DNA of 64,000 bases from an uncultured Gammaproteobacteria bacterium. Lineage in GTDB: Bacteria; Patescibacteriota; Patescibacteriia; Magasanikbacterales; UBA922. Position numbers and translations under genes: made by a program. Where the stretch lies: contig CAZQXB010000001.1 in assembly GCA_964597575.1 (NCBI GenBank), forward strand, positions 274,111 through 338,110, in the 5' to 3' direction. A model generated the notes under the pieces. That model had not been told where the DNA came from, did not search any database, and was given only the letters and a program-made list of their open reading frames with translations. Below, in pieces: positions 1-9,878 of this stretch; position 1 is the first letter of the stretch; each line of letters starts with the position of its first letter.

Positions 1-1077
1 AAAAGTGAACCAAAAACGGAAGAACTAGAAAGAAAACGATGGGCTATCCCCCCGGGAAATAAAGAGTTTACCGTAAAAGTAGGTGCGATTTTTACTCGTT
101 CTCCAGATGGCGCTCCACCCATGTTTGAAGCGCGTATTTTAGGTTGGACGGACACTGCTCGAAAAGAAGATTCGTTTATTATAACGAGTACGGAGAGAGC
201 CGTGGTTCTTGTTGATACCGCAGTTCGAACGACGCTCGTGATAAATGGCAGTAATGCCCCCGTACAAGTTTCTCCGGGGGAAGCACTTCAAACAACCCTT
301 GTGGTTAAAAATACCGGCGAAGCACCGATGACGAACGCGAGTATTCGCTTGGTTTTTGATGCGCCATCATTTAAGAATAGAAGCATGCTCAGCTGGCAGG
401 AGTTGGTCGACGAGGCGGAAGGGTCTGTGCTCGGTGAACAGCTCACACCAACGAAACGCCGTGGATCAATTACCTGGACGTCCAAAAACATTCCAGCGCT
501 TGCGAACTTGAAGCCTGGCGAACAGGTTTCGATTGACCTCTCGCTTCCGCTCAAAGATACGAGTGATAGCGACATTGCTGATTACCCTACCGGGCCGATT
601 TTAGTAACACCTGAAGTGCGGTATGCACGTGGAGGTACAACTGAGGTGGTTTCGCTTGACCCGAGAAGTTTATCTGTTGTTTCTAATGTGAGTCTTGCTC
701 CCACGGTGTCCTCGGTCGTGCGCGGTAGTGAAACAGACTATACCGTGAAATGGGTTGTGAATAATACATTCCATGACTTGAAAGATCTTCGTCTTGAGGC
801 CGATCTGTATGGAAATATTGCATGGAATCAGGCGAAATTATCAGTACCAGCAGGGACCGCGACCTTTGATCCGCAAACGAAAAAGCTCGTGTGGATTATT
901 CCAAGCATGCCCGAAAGTGTTGATGTAAATGCACTTCAATTTGCCTTTACACTCAAAGAAAAAAATCCGACTCAAACAGAATTGATTTCAAAAATTCGCC
1001 TCACCGCGACAGATGCGACGGCGAACGAGCCACTTATTCGAGTAGGGGAGAATACTCCACTTGAAGTGCAAGAATAA
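1..1077 (+). CDS. C-terminal part of a large cell-surface/adhesin-like protein; reading frame is open from base 1, so the gene is truncated at the window edge
   Basis: No stop codon in frame from position 1 to 1077. Thr/Ser/Val-rich beta-strand-like sequence resembling DUF11 conserved-repeat proteins. A terminator hairpin follows. Confidence 0.5.
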   Translation, partial: KSEPKTEELERKRWAIPPGNKEFTVKVGAIFTRSPDGAPPMFEARILGWTDTARKEDSFIITSTERAVVLVDTAVRTTLVINGSNAPVQVSPGEALQTTLVVKNTGEAPMTNASIRLVFDAPSFKNRSMLSWQELVDEAEGSVLGEQLTPTKRRGSITWTSKNIPALANLKPGEQVSIDLSLPLKDTSDSDIADYPTGPILVTPEVRYARGGTTEVVSLDPRSLSVVSNVSLAPTVSSVVRGSETDYTVKWVVNNTFHDLKDLRLEADLYGNIAWNQAKLSVPAGTATFDPQTKKLVWIIPSMPESVDVNALQFAFTLKEKNPTQTELISKIRLTATDATANEPLIRVGENTPLEVQE

Positions 1078-1090
1078 ATCAATTAAAAAT

Positions 1091-1133
1091 GAAAAAATTC
1101 GTCGGGAGCCTCCTGTCTCGCGGCGAATTTTTA
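1091..1133. terminator. Bidirectional rho-independent terminator
   Basis: A-run, then hairpin aattcgtcg...cggcgaatt, then T-run. Confidence 0.5.
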
Positions 1134-1156
1134 ATAATGCTTGTTTCTTTTATCCA

Positions 1157-1561
1157 TCACCGAACCCTTTTCTCCTTCTCTTGTTGTTTTTTCCTTACAC
1201 CAATTGCGACGCAGCACCTGATGTAGAAGTCGAGAAGGGGGAGGTTGAAAAGTATAAAATGAAATCCGTGCGCACTGTATTTTTTGTTGAAAAACATGCA
1301 GATTGCTGCTGCTCCCAAACTAATGCCACCAAGAATAATGCCACATACACATTCTGCGCGAGAGATTTCCGCGGTTACCGGATTGACGAACTTAATTGTG
1401 GAAAGAGCGAGAAAGACAAGCGTGATAGCCATGATGAGCGGTGAGAGTTCAATCACTCGAATCATGAGATACTCCATGTGCTTCACGGTAACGGGAAAAG
1501 AGTAAATTGTCAATTTCTTGGTTGGGTTCTCTTGTCCAAGTAAAATAAAATAGCCCGGCAT
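1157..1561 (-). CDS. Hypothetical small membrane protein immediately downstream of the tRNA pair on the minus strand
   Basis: 134-aa ORF with hydrophobic segments. No recognisable motif. Start codon uncertain. Confidence 0.25.
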   Translation of the reverse strand: MPGYFILLGQENPTKKLTIYSFPVTVKHMEYLMIRVIELSPLIMAITLVFLALSTIKFVNPVTAEISRAECVCGIILGGISLGAAAICMFFNKKYSAHGFHFILFNLPLLDFYIRCCVAIGVRKKQQEKEKRVR

Positions 1562-1582
1562 AAATGCTAAGCTATTTTATAG

Positions 1583-1654
1583 TGCCCCCGGAGGGAATTG
1601 AACCCCCATCAACGGCTTCGAAGGCCGCTGTGTTATCCATTACACCACAAGGGC
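1583..1654 (-). tRNA. tRNA-Arg (anticodon TCG)
   Basis: Reverse complement folds as a cloverleaf: acceptor GCCCTTG/CGGGGGC, anticodon stem GCGGC/GCCGT with loop CTTCGAA, T-arm GGGGG-TTCAATT-CCCTC. CCA is not encoded. Confidence 0.85.
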
Positions 1655-1885
1655 TAGTGGTTTTAACGTATGTATCTTATACACTAATTCGTCGAATTTT
1701 ACCAGTGCCTCAGTCAGATCTGTCACAACAGCCTGGGTTTGGTGCACAAGAGAATGGCAGGGAAACAGTTATCTTTGCCACAAGAACCACCTTCTTGAGG
1801 CTTAGCCTGAAGAAAAGATTCTTGCTTTTTCATAAGCAGCCCCTGGGCTTTCACTTCGGCCACCACAATAAATTTTCTACTAAAT

Positions 1886-1919
1886 ATCACAAAAGCAGCC
1901 TCAAGGCTGCTTTTGTGAT
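1886..1919 (-). terminator. Terminator hairpin directly after tRNA-Lys
   Basis: Perfect 15-bp stem atcacaaaagcagcc / ggctgcttttgtgat with a 4-nt loop. Confidence 0.5.
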
Positions 1920-1922
1920 ATG

Positions 1923-1995
1923 TGACCCGGGCGGGGATCGAACCCGCGACCTTGGGCTTAAGAGGCCCCTGCTCTACCAGCTGAGCTACCAGGTC
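1923..1995 (-). tRNA. tRNA-Lys (anticodon CTT)
   Basis: Reverse complement GACCTGGTAGCTCAGCTGGTAGAGCAGGGGCCTCTTAAGCCC...GGTTCGATCC. Anticodon loop CTCTTAA. Acceptor GACCTGG/CCGGGTC. Confidence 0.85.
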
Positions 1996-2095
1996 TTTTT
2001 TTACTAAACTCCACCCACTTCTAGCAAAAGATCAAATTTGTTTCTTGGAAACGAGACGAGTATACCAAAAAAAGTACAGCTCGTCAATCGTGGCT

Positions 2096-2857
2096 CTAGC
2101 CAATGGGGTCACTGCTCGAACGAGGGAGAATTTCTACCTTTGATCGCTTCCACTTCTTAATAAGAAGTGCAGCTTCGGCTGCGGACACCTGGGCTTCCTG
2201 CTTACTCGATCCATTTCCCTCGGCCACCTTTTCCTTTTCTAAGTAGACCCCGACAATAAATTGTTTATTATGATCAGGCCCTTCCTCTTTGAGGACGCGA
2301 TACGTTGGAGTGATACCTAAAAGTTCCTGAGCCGCTTCTTGGAAGCGAGATTTTGGATCGACCCAAAGACCTTCTTCTAGTACATCGGGAAGGCGGCTAA
2401 TCACGAAGCGGGTGATAAATTGGTTTGTGATATCCCAACCTTGGTCAATGTAAATAGCCCCAATAAGCGCTTCCAGGGCATTCGCGAGAATATATTCTCG
2501 TGCTTTTGTGCCACTGTCTTTCGCTTCACCGTGGCTCAAAAATAAGTATGTTTCAAGGCCGAGTTCAGACGCAACGGCCGCACACATTTTAGCGTTTACA
2601 AGAGACGCGCGCCAGTTGGTCATGTCGCCTTCCGTATTTAAGTAGTTTTCAAATAAATACTGCGTCACCGAAAGTTCGAGAACCGCATCACCTAAAAATT
2701 CCATGCGTTCGTTATGAGCAAGAGGGAAGTCACGGTGTTCGTTTAAGTACGATCGGTGAACAACAGACTGTACTAAGTGATTCTTATTATGAAAATGAAT
2801 TCCAATGTGCTCTTCGAGCGCCGTAAATTTTTTTTCAGCGTATTCAGGAACGATCAT
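2096..2857 (-). CDS. rnc: Ribonuclease III
   Basis: RNase III signature ERMEFLGDAVLELSVTQYL; C-terminal dsRBD-like region. Confidence 0.9.
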   Translation of the reverse strand: MIVPEYAEKKFTALEEHIGIHFHNKNHLVQSVVHRSYLNEHRDFPLAHNERMEFLGDAVLELSVTQYLFENYLNTEGDMTNWRASLVNAKMCAAVASELGLETYLFLSHGEAKDSGTKAREYILANALEALIGAIYIDQGWDITNQFITRFVISRLPDVLEEGLWVDPKSRFQEAAQELLGITPTYRVLKEEGPDHNKQFIVGVYLEKEKVAEGNGSSKQEAQVSAAEAALLIKKWKRSKVEILPRSSSDPIG

Positions 2858-2866
2858 AGGTATAAA

Positions 2867-3367
2867 TTAGCTGGTGACTTCGGTTGATTCTTCGTCTTTT
2901 ACGCCCTCTTTTGGTTCGTCGGGAATTTCTTCAGATTCTTTTCCTTTTCGAGGATCCACCTCATACATTGCCCCTAAGATGCCATTTACAAAGCGGCCGC
3001 TTGACTGCCCTCCAAACGTTTTGGCCATTTCAATCGCTTCGTTAATCGCCACTTTTCCTGGGACAGAATTCACAAATAAGAGTTCGTATACCCCGAGGCG
3101 CAAAATGTTGCGGTCGATATAGGTCATTTGTTCCATCGGCCATTTGGGTGCAAATTTTACAATGGCCTGGTCAATATCCTCAATATGAGACACGACACCT
3201 GCTGCGGTGTCGTGAACAAACTGATGATTTTCTTCAGAAAGACCTTTGCCAAATTCTTCAATTTGCTGATTCGCAATTGCCGGAAGCGCTGCAGTTGGTC
3301 TGCCCTTAAAGTCCCATTGGTAGAGGACTTGCATCACGATTGAGCGGGCCAAGTGCCGGTTTGACAT
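2867..3367 (-). CDS. nusB: NusB-family transcription antitermination factor with acidic C-terminal tail
   Basis: N-terminal ARSIVMQVLYQWDF and overall NusB-like helical pattern. Confidence 0.7.
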   Translation of the reverse strand: MSNRHLARSIVMQVLYQWDFKGRPTAALPAIANQQIEEFGKGLSEENHQFVHDTAAGVVSHIEDIDQAIVKFAPKWPMEQMTYIDRNILRLGVYELLFVNSVPGKVAINEAIEMAKTFGGQSSGRFVNGILGAMYEVDPRKGKESEEIPDEPKEGVKDEESTEVTS

Positions 3368-3381
3368 AAGGGGAGAAAGAA

Positions 3382-3597
3382 TTACCCTTTGCTCTTTGCT
3401 TTACGCATGAGGCGGTTTGCGCGTTTCGCAACATCAATCACCTGGCGACCACGGTACATACCCGTTGCTGGGTTTACGCGGTGAGGGAGTGATGGGTTCC
3501 CGTCAGTGTCAACACCAACGGTGGTTTTCGCGAGCGCAAAGTGTGCTGCGCGTTCGCGTTTCGAGCGGTTTGTGCGTTTTTTCGATGGCAGACCCAT
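3382..3597 (-). CDS. rpmF: 50S ribosomal protein L32
   Basis: MGLPSKKRTNRSKRERAAHFAL...YRGRQVI matches the L32 pattern. Internal ATG at 3597 chosen over the longer ORF. Confidence 0.85.
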   Translation of the reverse strand: MGLPSKKRTNRSKRERAAHFALAKTTVGVDTDGNPSLPHRVNPATGMYRGRQVIDVAKRANRLMRKAKSKG

Positions 3598-3699
3598 AGA
3601 AGTGCAGGAGTTACAAAAATTATGAAAACCCGATTCGGGAGTTTCAGATAAAAAGAGTATAGCGTAGGGGAGGAAAAAAATCAAGAGGTCATTGCCCGA

Positions 3700-4695
3700 A
3701 TGGGAAAATATCAGTATGATAGTCTCATGTCTGAAGAAAACGGCCCTATTTCTGCCCTATTTCCACCGACCCTTCCCCTGTTTGAAGATGGGTCTTTTTT
3801 GCAGTCACCGGAATGGGCTGATTTTCAACGGAGTGTGGGGAGAAAAGTGATTGCGGTACCCTCGACTAAGAGGTCACTACACGCGTTTAAAAACGAATTG
3901 CCTTTAGGTTTGTCATATCTTTACGTTCCCCAGGCCGATGTCTCTGAAACAGCCTTAAAAGAGCTTATCAAGGCGGGTGAGGAAGAGAAGGCTCTGTTTC
4001 TTCGTATTGAGCCATGGAATCAACCGCTCACCTGCTCGGGCTATACGTTTGTCCGAACGGCATCTCGTCAACCGCAGTATTCTTTGTGTGTCCCTGTTAA
4101 AAAAGAAGAAGAAATGCTTCGGGCAATGCATACAAAGACGCGGTATAATATTGGGCTCTCAGAAAGAAAAGAAGTTCAGGTAAAAAAAATAAAAGACGTC
4201 GATATTTTTTGGAGACTTCTGCAGGATACAACGAAACGCGATGGGTTTCGTGCGCACGGAAAAGAATATTATGAAAAAATGGTAACCATACCAGTGGTCG
4301 AGCAGTATGTGGCATTTGCTAGCGGTGTTCCAGTCGCAAGCATCATCACCATTCGCCACGGTGCCACCGTCGTCTATCTGCACGGGGCATCACTTCATGA
4401 GTATCGAAATCTTATGGCGCCATACGCACTTCAGTGGGCGGCACTGAAAGATGCTTTTTCAAGCGGTGCACTGTGGTACGATATGTGGGGCGTGGCCCCT
4501 CCGGCCGAGAGTCATAATGCTCATGCAGAAACATTCCACACCTATACCTGGGACACGCGACACTCTTTTCACGGCATCACACGGTTTAAGGCGGGGTTCG
4601 GTGGTATACCAGTCACGCATCCGAGTGCTGTGGAAATTCCTCTTCGTCCGTGGCTATATAAATTGTATCGTATCCGTCAGTGTTTTATTGGTTAG
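3700..4695 (+). CDS. FemAB-family peptidoglycan interpeptide-bridge aminoacyltransferase (GNAT-like fold)
   Basis: KTRYNIGLSE and GATVVYLHGAS...YDMWGV motifs reminiscent of FemX/FemAB. Confidence 0.45.
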   Translation: MGKYQYDSLMSEENGPISALFPPTLPLFEDGSFLQSPEWADFQRSVGRKVIAVPSTKRSLHAFKNELPLGLSYLYVPQADVSETALKELIKAGEEEKALFLRIEPWNQPLTCSGYTFVRTASRQPQYSLCVPVKKEEEMLRAMHTKTRYNIGLSERKEVQVKKIKDVDIFWRLLQDTTKRDGFRAHGKEYYEKMVTIPVVEQYVAFASGVPVASIITIRHGATVVYLHGASLHEYRNLMAPYALQWAALKDAFSSGALWYDMWGVAPPAESHNAHAETFHTYTWDTRHSFHGITRFKAGFGGIPVTHPSAVEIPLRPWLYKLYRIRQCFIG

Positions 4696-5291
4696 CTTCT
4701 ATACATCACAAACCTACCGTCTCTGAAACTTCTATGAGTGTTTCCTGGAGTCAAAAAATATTTTTAGTGGTAAATGCCTACATTGGCAAAAAACCGTGGC
4801 TCGATACGCTTATGCGTTTTTTTGCGGTGTGGGGGATCTATGTCCTGATCATCCTCATTTTTGTGTGGAGCCTTTTTCAGTTTTCAGAAGGTGGCTTTGC
4901 CCTTTTCGTGTTTTTAGTGGCGTGCCAAGCCTCCTTTGTTATTGGTCTTGCAGTGAATGCACTTCTCGGGGTTATACGCCCAAGAAAGCGCCCAAAAGAC
5001 GAGTTACCAGGAACTGTGGAGTTAATACAACTTCGTCCGTTTGAATATTGGAAATCTTTTCCGTCCGACCACACCATGGCCGCATTTACGTTTGTATTTG
5101 TGGCGATGATATTTGGCCTGTCTGCATTGTGCTCGGTCTTTTTTCTTTTGTTTGCTCTTCTCATTGGGTGTTCCCGGGTGTATGTTGGAGTTCATTTCCC
5201 TCGCGATATTTTTGGGGGACTCCTTGTGGCTTTTGTTGTTAATGCTGTGGTTGTTTCGCTCATCCCTCCTTTTCTGAATCTTTTTTTCTGA
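4680..5291 (+). CDS. PAP2-family membrane phosphatase (undecaprenyl-diphosphate phosphatase-like)
   Basis: PAP2 motifs KxxxxxxRP (VIRPRKRP), PSDH, and SRVYVGVHFPRD; multiple TM helices. Confidence 0.7.
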   Translation: MFYWLASIHHKPTVSETSMSVSWSQKIFLVVNAYIGKKPWLDTLMRFFAVWGIYVLIILIFVWSLFQFSEGGFALFVFLVACQASFVIGLAVNALLGVIRPRKRPKDELPGTVELIQLRPFEYWKSFPSDHTMAAFTFVFVAMIFGLSALCSVFFLLFALLIGCSRVYVGVHFPRDIFGGLLVAFVVNAVVVSLIPPFLNLFF

Positions 5292-5315
5292 AAGAAGTGC
5301 TGTCGTATCTCTTAT

Positions 5316-6011
5316 ATGAATGCCATTATTTTATGTGGTGGACTCTCGACGAGGCTGGGAGACATCACGAAATCAATTCCCAAAATTTTACTTTCCATTG
5401 GTGATCGCACCATGCTTGATTGGCAACTCGACAAGCTTTCTTCGGTTGGTATTACTGAAGTCGTCATGGCCGCCGGACACTTATCAGAAGTACTTATGAA
5501 AGAGGTGGGGGAGGTGCGTCGAGGAGTTCGTGTGCGTTATGCTGTAGAACCAGCTCGGCTTGGAACAGGCGGGGCAATTCAGTTTGCACTTCAGTATGTG
5601 AAAGATTCTACAGAACCCACCATTATCTTGAATGGAGATATTTTTACTACAGTGCCAATGGCCGACATGGTCCGTGCATTACGGAAGGAGAGCGAGGGTT
5701 TAATTTTAGGGTCTTACGTTGAGGATGCTGCAACATATGGTACCCTAGAAATCGGAGAGCACAACAGACTTCACGCATTTAAAGAAAAAGAAGGCCAGCA
5801 TGTGCCTGGGTACATTAATGGAGGATTTTATATCTTCACTCCAGCTACTACCAAATATTTTCCCCCGGAAGATGCGTTTAGTGTTGAATACGACGTATTT
5901 CCAAAAGTGAAAGACATGGATGTTTACCCCTCAAAACATGCCTGGATCGATATCGGCCAGCCCGAACGCTTGGCGTGGGCGCGGGAGCATTGGCAAGAAT
6001 TCTTAATCTAA
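5316..6011 (+). CDS. Sugar-1-phosphate nucleotidyltransferase (NTP_transferase family)
   Basis: N-terminal ILCGGLSTRLG glycine-rich nucleotide-binding motif. Confidence 0.75.
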   Translation: MNAIILCGGLSTRLGDITKSIPKILLSIGDRTMLDWQLDKLSSVGITEVVMAAGHLSEVLMKEVGEVRRGVRVRYAVEPARLGTGGAIQFALQYVKDSTEPTIILNGDIFTTVPMADMVRALRKESEGLILGSYVEDAATYGTLEIGEHNRLHAFKEKEGQHVPGYINGGFYIFTPATTKYFPPEDAFSVEYDVFPKVKDMDVYPSKHAWIDIGQPERLAWAREHWQEFLI

Positions 6012-6017
6012 TTTTTT

Positions 6018-7049
6018 GTGCGTAGAATAAAAAAAAATTTCATCCTTTTTCTTTCCGTCATTATTGTCTGTATTTTTTTAGCATGGTTTCTGACGTTTCG
6101 CTATAGCCGGGAAAGCGGATCGGTTACCATTACCGTGCTCCCTGCCGAAACGATGCAAGATGTGGCAGAGCATTTAAAAACGAATCGGGCTATTGTGTCT
6201 GAAACACTTTTCGGTGTGTATGCTAGGCTGTCGCGGCTTGACAGAAAGCTCCAAGCTGGAACATTTGTGATCGATTCACCTGCCTCAATTGCTCGTATCA
6301 CGAAAGCACTCACTGAGCCTCAAATTCGGGAAGAGCGGGTAATAACAATTATCCCTGGCTGGTCACTGCGTGATATCGCAACGTATTTCGAAAAAGAAGG
6401 GATTGCGACAAGTGGAGAACTGTACGCACTAACAGGAAAACCTGCGGAAAAAAAATCAGGTCAAGTCGGGTTTGGTGTCCCGGTACAAATTCTTAGCGCC
6501 TTACCAAGTGATATTAGTATGGAAGGATATTTGGCACCCAATACATACCGTATTTTTGTAGGTGAGCCACTGATGCAAACCCTCGAGCGCTTAGTCGCAG
6601 AACGTGAAGAAGAAATAACACCAGAACTTCTTCAAGGAATTACGAAAAGCGGTCGAACGTTTCATCAGATTTTAACGATGGCAAGTATCTTAGAGCGCGA
6701 AGTGCCGCATGAGAATGATATGGCGAAGGTGGCAGATTTATTTTGGCGACGGTTCGATGCCGACTGGGGTTTGCAAGCCGATTCCACGGTTCATTATGCT
6801 ACCGGAAAAGAAGGTGATGTATTTACGACCGCTCGTGATCGCGCCTCTGATAATGAATGGAATACGTATAAGTGGAAAGGTCTGCCGCCTGGGCCAATTT
6901 CGACACCGAGTATTGAAGCAATTCGTGCGGCTATTTTTCCAGAAAAAAATGATGCGTGGTTTTTTCTCACAACGCTCGATACTGGGGAAGTGAAGTATGG
7001 CAAGACTCTTGAAGAGCACAATGCAAATGTACGAAAATATTTACGATAA
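6018..7049 (+). CDS. mltG: Endolytic murein transglycosylase MltG/YceG family
   Basis: N-terminal TM helix; YceG-like motifs LTMASILEREV and LQADSTVHYA. Confidence 0.75.
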   Translation: MRRIKKNFILFLSVIIVCIFLAWFLTFRYSRESGSVTITVLPAETMQDVAEHLKTNRAIVSETLFGVYARLSRLDRKLQAGTFVIDSPASIARITKALTEPQIREERVITIIPGWSLRDIATYFEKEGIATSGELYALTGKPAEKKSGQVGFGVPVQILSALPSDISMEGYLAPNTYRIFVGEPLMQTLERLVAEREEEITPELLQGITKSGRTFHQILTMASILEREVPHENDMAKVADLFWRRFDADWGLQADSTVHYATGKEGDVFTTARDRASDNEWNTYKWKGLPPGPISTPSIEAIRAAIFPEKNDAWFFLTTLDTGEVKYGKTLEEHNANVRKYLR

Positions 7050-7084
7050 AAATAAAAAATGATTAAGACCTATTTACATATTGT

Positions 7085-8224
7085 ATGTCCAAAGCACTTT
7101 CATACCACAAAAAATTGAAAGGAAAAATTGAAGTTATTTCGCGTGCAAAACTGAAAAATAGAAATGATTTACGATTAGCCTACACCCCTGGGGTTGCTGA
7201 GCCATGCTTAGAAATTCAAAAAGATGTTTCTAAACTATACGACTATACCCGTAAAGGAAATTTAGTTGCCGTCATTACCGACGGAAGTGCGGTTTTAGGG
7301 TTGGGGAACATTGGCCCAGAAGCAGGGCTGCCGGTTATGGAAGGGAAGTGCGCTTTATTTAAACGCTTTGCTAATGTCGATGCGTTTCCTGTCGCCATAA
7401 AGACGCAAGACGTGGATGAGTTTGTGAGAACAGTCGAATTAATTGCGCCTATGTTTGGGGGAATTAATTTGGAAGATATTGCTGCGCCGCGGTGTTTTGA
7501 AATCGAGGAAAAATTAAAACAAAAATTGGATATTCCTGTATTTCATGATGATCAACATGGCACGGCTATTGTTTGTCTGGCTGGGCTTATTAATGCACTC
7601 AAAGTGGTTAAAAAGAGCATGAAAGATATTACCGTTGTGGTGAACGGACTTGGGGCGGCGGGTGTAGCAATTACCAAGCTTCTTCTTTTGTCCGGCGTAG
7701 GTGAGATGCGCCTTCTTGATTCGAAAGGTATCATTTTTGATGGCCGTGCGGAGGTAGATGGTGTGAAAGCCGAACTCGCCAAAAAAACGAATCGTGAAAA
7801 ACGATCAGGCGGTTTAGCTGAAGCACTTCAGGGGGCGGATGTATTTATTGGGGTGAGTAAACCAAACTTGGTAACGGAAGATATGGTTCGTTCGATGAAC
7901 GAAAAATCGATTCTTTTTGCTATGGCGAATCCCGTGCCTGAAATTATGCCCGATGTGGCGAAAAAGGCCGGGGCGTTTGTTGTGGCAACGGGCCGAAGTG
8001 ATTTCCCGAATCAAATTAATAATGTGCTGGCTTTTCCTGGAATTTTTCGAGGTGCGCTTGATGCTCGGGTGCGATTTATTACCGAAGAGATGAAGCTGGC
8101 AGCTGCGTATGCATTGGCGAAAGCCGTAAAAAAACCAACCGCAAATTATATTATTCCAGATCCTTTTGATAAACGTGTGGCAAAGCTCGTGGCCAAAGCA
8201 GTGAAAAATAAAGCGAAGAAATAA
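7085..8224 (+). CDS. NAD(P)-dependent malic enzyme (short form)
   Basis: LAYTPGVAEPC, VITDGSAVLGLGNIGP and GINLEDI motifs of malic enzymes. Confidence 0.8.
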   Translation: MSKALSYHKKLKGKIEVISRAKLKNRNDLRLAYTPGVAEPCLEIQKDVSKLYDYTRKGNLVAVITDGSAVLGLGNIGPEAGLPVMEGKCALFKRFANVDAFPVAIKTQDVDEFVRTVELIAPMFGGINLEDIAAPRCFEIEEKLKQKLDIPVFHDDQHGTAIVCLAGLINALKVVKKSMKDITVVVNGLGAAGVAITKLLLLSGVGEMRLLDSKGIIFDGRAEVDGVKAELAKKTNREKRSGGLAEALQGADVFIGVSKPNLVTEDMVRSMNEKSILFAMANPVPEIMPDVAKKAGAFVVATGRSDFPNQINNVLAFPGIFRGALDARVRFITEEMKLAAAYALAKAVKKPTANYIIPDPFDKRVAKLVAKAVKNKAKK

Positions 8225-8231
8225 TAAGCAT

Positions 8232-9287
8232 ATGCGAACTGACGATTTCGATTTTTTTCTTCCAGATGAACGGATTGCACAATCACCAATTGAGCCGCGG
8301 GATCATTCAAAACTCATGGTGATTGATCGAAACAAGAAAACGATTGAACATCGGCAGTTTTTTGATCTCTTGTCGTACCTTCGTCCGGGTGATCTTCTTG
8401 TTTGGAATAATTCGAAGGTGTTTCGAGCGCGGTTGTTTGGTCGTTTATTTAGTCCATCCGGAGAACCTCTTCGTGAGCATGCAAAACCCATTGAAATTTT
8501 TCTCGTCCGTCCTACAGAAAATACTGGGGTTTGGCATGCTCTCGCAAAACCTGCCAAACATGTGAGTCATGGTATGCAAATTCGTTTTGCATCAGATTTT
8601 GCCTGTGAAGTGGTGGTAAAAAAAGATGATGGAACACTACTTGTTCAGTTTTCTTACAATGAAGCGACGGTTCGTGTGAAAGCAAATCAATATGGAGAAG
8701 TTCCTCTTCCCCCGTATATTAAAAAGGGCGTGAATGAACTTGTGGCATACCAAACGATCTATGCTCGGGAGGAGGGTTCGGTAGCAGCGCCTACCGCGGG
8801 TTTTCATTTCACCCCCGAACTTATTGAAAAAATAAAAGAGAAAGGTGTCTCGTTTGCAGAGGTGACTCTCCATGTAGGGCTAGGCACTTTTTTACCTGTA
8901 AAAAGTGAGCAGATTGAGGATCATACCATGCATAGTGAATGGGTGGAGCTGCCAGACGCAACAGTTCAGGCTATTCATACTACGAAAGCCAGCGGTGGAA
9001 GAGTTATCGCTGTCGGCACGACGACAGTCCGTACTTTAGAGGGGGTCGCGAAGTATGCTACTGGCCTTGCCGCCTATGCAGGGGATATTAATATGTTTAT
9101 TACCCCAGGATTTCATTTTCAGGTGGTCGATGCGCTTGTCACAAATTTTCATCTTCCAAAATCAACACTCCTTATGCTGGTGTCGGCATTTGCCAATGAC
9201 CGAGAATTTATCTTGCGTGCCTACGCTGAGGCGGTGGAAAAAGAATATCGATTTTTTAGTTTTGGCGATGCTATGTTTATTGTTTAG
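8232..9287 (+). CDS. queA: S-adenosylmethionine:tRNA ribosyltransferase-isomerase
   Basis: Typical QueA N-terminus (DFDFFLPDERIAQ) and VIAVGTTTVRTLE. Confidence 0.9.
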   Translation: MRTDDFDFFLPDERIAQSPIEPRDHSKLMVIDRNKKTIEHRQFFDLLSYLRPGDLLVWNNSKVFRARLFGRLFSPSGEPLREHAKPIEIFLVRPTENTGVWHALAKPAKHVSHGMQIRFASDFACEVVVKKDDGTLLVQFSYNEATVRVKANQYGEVPLPPYIKKGVNELVAYQTIYAREEGSVAAPTAGFHFTPELIEKIKEKGVSFAEVTLHVGLGTFLPVKSEQIEDHTMHSEWVELPDATVQAIHTTKASGGRVIAVGTTTVRTLEGVAKYATGLAAYAGDINMFITPGFHFQVVDALVTNFHLPKSTLLMLVSAFANDREFILRAYAEAVEKEYRFFSFGDAMFIV

Positions 9288-9290
9288 TTT

Positions 9291-9698
9291 ATGAACATCT
9301 TTTTTTCTTCGCTCGTGGCGTTACCGATATTTGTAGCCCTCGACTTTTTGTGGCTCGGCATTATTATGCGTTCTTTTTACGTGCGCGAACTTGGCCCCTT
9401 GGCGAGGCAGGGTATTCATTATCCAAGTGCTTTTGTAGTGTATGTGCTTATGGCGCTCAGTGTTGTGGTGTTTGTTTTGCCCCGGTTTTTCGGAATGCCG
9501 GTAACATTAAAAGTATTTGCGCTCGGTGCACTTCTCGGTTTTTTAATCTACGGAATTTACGATTTCACTAATTACGCCACTCTTGCTCATTGGTCATGGC
9601 GTTTTATGGTCGTTGATATTCTTTGGGGAGGGGTCGTGTATGGCGTAACAAGCATACTAACTCTCTCAATTCTTCGATGGTTAAAAATATTTTCCTAA
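9291..9698 (+). CDS. DUF2177-like small membrane protein
   Basis: Four predicted TM segments; ATGA overlap with the queA stop. Confidence 0.5.
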   Translation: MNIFFSSLVALPIFVALDFLWLGIIMRSFYVRELGPLARQGIHYPSAFVVYVLMALSVVVFVLPRFFGMPVTLKVFALGALLGFLIYGIYDFTNYATLAHWSWRFMVVDILWGGVVYGVTSILTLSILRWLKIFS

Positions 9699-9835
9699 AA
9701 GGTGATTTTTAACGTGAATTCTGTGCGATGGTAGTCAGGGGGCAGGGGAACGATAAGAAGCCACAAGGGTCACCAAATTAGGGTGGACAAGGAGATGGTG
9801 AAGATAAAGAAGAATAGTGACTCTCGCAAAAAATA

Positions 9836-9878
9836 ATGCAAAAAAAGAATGGTGCTTAGTTGCACCATTCTTTTTTTA
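9836..9878. terminator. Bidirectional terminator between convergent genes
   Basis: A-run, gaatggtgc-ttagt-gcaccattc hairpin, T-run. Confidence 0.6.

Noticed and set aside
1564-2007. 147-aa plus-strand ORF
   Set aside because: It overlaps both minus-strand tRNA genes and has no RBS, so it is spurious.
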